Shown here: positions 61,192 to 64,000 of the stretch, in pieces
Position numbering within the stretch: position 1 is the stretch's first letter
Layout: every line of letters starts with the position of its first letter
Source: an uncultured Gemmatimonadales bacterium
Lineage (GTDB): Bacteria; Gemmatimonadota; Gemmatimonadetes; Gemmatimonadales; GWC2-71-9
Direction of reading: 5' to 3'
NCBI GenBank assembly: GCA_963779755.1
Contig: CAVZZO010000001.1
Span: 1,664,001 to 1,728,000 of the forward strand
Length of the DNA: 64,000 nt
The notes under the pieces: model-generated
What the model was told of the DNA's origin: nothing
The model's database searches: none
Seen by the model: the letters and a program-made list of their open reading frames with translations, nothing else
Program-made: the position numbers and the translations under genes

Positions 61192-62580
61192 TCAGGGCAC
61201 CCCCGATCCGTTCTCCCTCCCCAGCAGGTGTCGCAGCGCGGGCTCGAGGTGGGGATATCGGAACCGGTAGCCGGAGTCCAGCAGCCGCCTGGGCACGGCC
61301 CGGACGCTGCTCAGCACCAGTTCGTCGGCCATTTCCCGGCCCAGGGCCAGCCGCAGTGCGGCGGGGGGGACCGTGAACGGAGCCGGCCGGTGCAGCACCC
61401 GGGCCAGCGTGCGGGTGAGTTCTTCGTTCCGGACCGGCTCCGGGGCCGCCAGGTTGATGCCGCCGGCCAGCGACTCGTTCATCAGGGCCCAGTAGATGCC
61501 GCCCACCACATCGTCGATAGCCACCCAGCTCACCCACTGCTGCCCCGCGCCGATCTTCCCGCCGAGTCCCAAACGGAAGGGGAGCATCAGGCGGTCGAGA
61601 AATCCTCCGGCAGGCGTGAACACCGGGCCGAACCGCAGGTGGACGGTCCGGATCCCCGCGGCATCGGCCGCTCTGGCGCCGTCCTCCCAGCCGCGTACGA
61701 CTTCCGGCAGGAATCCGCGGCCCCCAGGTGCGTCGTCGGGAAGCAGCTCGTCGCCCCGGTCGCCGAAATAGTTGATACCGGAAGCGGAAATCAGGACCCG
61801 CGGCGGCCGTTCCAGACTGGCCAGGGTCTCGGCCAGGAGCTTCGTTCCCCGGACCCGGCTCTGCCGGATGCGCTGCTTGACCGATTCGCTCCAGCGGCTG
61901 CCGGCGATATTCTCGCCGGCCAGATGGATGACCGCATCCACGCCTTCGAACGCCGCCGCCTCCACCGTTCCCTGGCTGGGCTTCCAGAAGATCTCCTGCT
62001 CCCGCGGGCGCCGCCGCACCACGGAGACGACTTCATGCCCCATGCTGGTGAGGAGGGGGCGCAGCGCCCTGCCGATCATCCCGCTGGCGCCGGTCACCGC
62101 GATCCGGAGCGGGGACGCCTCGGGCAGGCGGGCGAGCAGGGCCATATCGCCCTGCAGGACGGCATGCCGGTAGGTAAAGAGCCGGTCCAGCTCCCGGGCC
62201 ACATAGCCGCCGGCGGCCAGCAGGCCCAGGCCGCCCAGCGGCAGCTCGTAGGCGACATGATCCCGCAGGATACAGCGCTCAGGTCCGTGCGGCTCCAGAA
62301 AGTGGCTGTGCTGCCAGCGGCGGAAGGGGCCCCGGGTCTGTTCGTCGATGAATCCGGTGCCTTCCTCGGAAGCCCGGTGGACCGCGCTCCAGGTCAGCCG
62401 GAGCGGCCCGACCGGAACCCGCAGGATGGTGCGGGCGCCGGCGGCAATCCCGCCGCGGCGGGAAAGGACTTCGATGGACTGCCAGGGGGGAAGCATGCGC
62501 TCGAAGGCGCCCGGCCGCTCATGCCAGGCATAGGCGGTGTGAGCCGGAACGGGTAGATCAATCGAGCGTTCAAAGTGCAG
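61192..62580 (-). CDS. TIGR01777-family NAD(P)-binding oxidoreductase with N-terminal SRPBCC domain (non-canonical start)
   Basis: FERSIDLPVP...AWHERPGAFERMLPPW; VTGASGMIG, HLAGENIA, SRVRGT. Confidence 0.85.
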   Translation of the reverse strand: MHFERSIDLPVPAHTAYAWHERPGAFERMLPPWQSIEVLSRRGGIAAGARTILRVPVGPLRLTWSAVHRASEEGTGFIDEQTRGPFRRWQHSHFLEPHGPERCILRDHVAYELPLGGLGLLAAGGYVARELDRLFTYRHAVLQGDMALLARLPEASPLRIAVTGASGMIGRALRPLLTSMGHEVVSVVRRRPREQEIFWKPSQGTVEAAAFEGVDAVIHLAGENIAGSRWSESVKQRIRQSRVRGTKLLAETLASLERPPRVLISASGINYFGDRGDELLPDDAPGGRGFLPEVVRGWEDGARAADAAGIRTVHLRFGPVFTPAGGFLDRLMLPFRLGLGGKIGAGQQWVSWVAIDDVVGGIYWALMNESLAGGINLAAPEPVRNEELTRTLARVLHRPAPFTVPPAALRLALGREMADELVLSSVRAVPRRLLDSGYRFRYPHLEPALRHLLGRENGSGVP

Positions 62581-62595
62581 GATAGTCTGGACTCC

Positions 62596-62682
62596 CGGGA
62601 TAACCTCGACCCCCTTGATCCTCTCGACCCTCTCGGACCTACCAAAGAGGTCGAGGGGGCCGGGAGGGTCAAGGGGGTCGAG
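62596..62682. repeat. Inverted ~9-nt-unit (CTCGACCCY) repeat element
   Basis: cctcgacccccttgatcctctcgaccctc ... gaggtcgagggggccgggagggtcaagggggtcgagg. Confidence 0.7.
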
Positions 62683-62700
62683 GGAAGTGCCGGTAGTCGC

Positions 62701-63552
62701 CTACTCGATGGTGAACGGCTGCACCATACCGTGATCCAGGTGCGGCTTGCCGTCCCCGCGATCGGGAACGAAGCAGGCCAGCACGTAATTCCCGGCATCC
62801 AGGTTCACGTCGAAATCGCCCTCGCCACCCACCGGAAGGGTGCCCATGCCGCCCCGGACCTCGAACGGCGGCACACCCTTCATGCCGGCGCCGGCCCAGG
62901 CCTTGAGATCGGCCGCGGTCTTGCCCGGCAGCATCTTGAACAGCACCAGCTCGTGGTCCTGCTGGCCGGCGTTGACCACCCTGATGGTGTGGTGGCCGGC
63001 CGTCAGGGCGGGACTGGGCTCGAAGCCGTAATCCACCAGCTTGATGGTCACGTCGCCGGCCGGCATGGTCGCGGTGCCGGGAGTGCCGGTCACCGTGAGG
63101 GGATGCATCATGCCCTTGGCCACGTGAGGCATCCCGTCGGGCGAGGGAATGAAGCACAGGGCAACATACTGGCCGGCCGAGAGACTGACCGTGGCGTCGG
63201 TTTCCTGCCCCGGCATGGTGGCGTTGGGGCCGCCGACCCCCACCAGCCAGGCGGGGAAGGCGGCTTCACCCTGCTGGAGGAGGGCCATGAGGTCCTGCAC
63301 CGTCTTGGCGCTGTCCAGCCGGAAGAGCTGCACCTGGTGCAGTTCCTTGCCGCTGTTCTGGATCCGGACCGTGGTGACGCCCGGCGCGACCGTATCGGGC
63401 ATGACAAAACTGTAGTCCTTCGCCGTGATTGTCAGCGCGGTGGGCGTGGCGGGGGCGGCGGGCGCAGCCGCCTGAGCCGTCTGATGGGATTCCGACTTGC
63501 CGCAGGCGCCGACCAGAACCAGAACTGCCAGAGAGAAACTACGTCGTATCAT
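62701..63552 (-). CDS. Lipoprotein with two cupredoxin-like (type-1 copper) domains
   Basis: Lipobox VGAC; ELHQ...YVALCFIP..DG.PH..KGM and DHE...YVLACFVP...GKPH..HGM. Confidence 0.75.
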   Translation of the reverse strand: MIRRSFSLAVLVLVGACGKSESHQTAQAAAPAAPATPTALTITAKDYSFVMPDTVAPGVTTVRIQNSGKELHQVQLFRLDSAKTVQDLMALLQQGEAAFPAWLVGVGGPNATMPGQETDATVSLSAGQYVALCFIPSPDGMPHVAKGMMHPLTVTGTPGTATMPAGDVTIKLVDYGFEPSPALTAGHHTIRVVNAGQQDHELVLFKMLPGKTAADLKAWAGAGMKGVPPFEVRGGMGTLPVGGEGDFDVNLDAGNYVLACFVPDRGDGKPHLDHGMVQPFTIE

Positions 63553-63700
63553 GATGACGCTCCTGCACCGGGTAGGGATGTGGGGGGACGAACGGGTCAC
63601 AAATCTGATAACCGGGCCGCCGCCGCGCCAGAGGTAGTGTACGGAGCCTCGGCTCCGGGATTAGCTTCCCCTCACATTCCCGCCAACTCCGGAGACCAGC

Positions 63701-64000
63701 ATGCTCCGATCTGCGCTCCTGCTCCTCGGCCTTGCCGCGCTGCCCGCCGGGCTCTCCGCCCAGTGGAGCGTGGCCGATACCTCCCCCTTCCGCGCGCTGG
63801 ACCTGCCCGCCGCCACCCGTTACCGGGGCGGCGACGGGCGGCCCGGTCCCGACTACTGGCAGCAGCGGGTGGACTACCGCATCCAGGCCCGGCTGGACAC
63901 CGCCAGGCAGACCGTCACGGGGACCGAGACGATCCACTATACGAATCACGCGCCCATCGCGCTGCCCTATCTCTGGATGTTCCTGGAGCAGAACATGTGT
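63701..64000 (+). CDS. Exported M1-family aminopeptidase N-terminus (3'-truncated)
   Basis: SD GGAG; signal peptide; GRPGPDYWQQRVDYRIQARLD...TGTETIHYTN..P..L.YLW..LEQN. Confidence 0.8.
   Translation, partial: MLRSALLLLGLAALPAGLSAQWSVADTSPFRALDLPAATRYRGGDGRPGPDYWQQRVDYRIQARLDTARQTVTGTETIHYTNHAPIALPYLWMFLEQNMC

Noticed and set aside
62581..62703. TAG readthrough fusing the copper lipoprotein to the TIGR01777 protein
   Set aside because: The frames coincide, but fusing an exported lipoprotein to a cytosolic NAD(P) enzyme is implausible; a non-canonical start is simpler.

Overview
A high-GC, gene-dense chromosomal window, most likely from a Gemmatimonadota bacterium (inferred from gene content and style). 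It has no rRNA, tRNA, CRISPR array or transposase. Recognisable genes include a PAS two-component cluster, aguB-aguA, a glycogen cluster (glgP, glgA, two GH57), ettA, an H1-like-tail SWIB protein, thrB/thrC, TIGR03546/TIGR03545, pntA1A2B, a sigma70 factor, acnA, a PIG-L/ABC/MFS operon, pepF, infA, a cold-shock gene, a GGDEF/CGNR/kinase operon, degP, queC/queE and a TIGR01777 gene. Several signals are not explained by the ORF track. (1) An exported peroxiredoxin-like gene has an in-frame TGA at the catalytic Cys and downstream hairpins, so it is a probable selenoprotein. (2) About ten intergenic elements share a tandem-unit / spacer / inverted-tandem-unit architecture but use different 7, 9, 11 or 14-nt units, and they often supply stop codons. 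(3) A promoter-plus-terminator structured RNA candidate lies upstream of degP. (4) A pseudokinase-kinase tandem protein is translationally coupled to a diguanylate cyclase and a CGNR zinc finger. (5) A catalytically degenerate Mesh1/SAH-like HD protein follows queCE. (6) Seven genes have a TANNNT box 6-7 nt before the ATG (probably leaderless), and two genes probably use non-canonical start codons.
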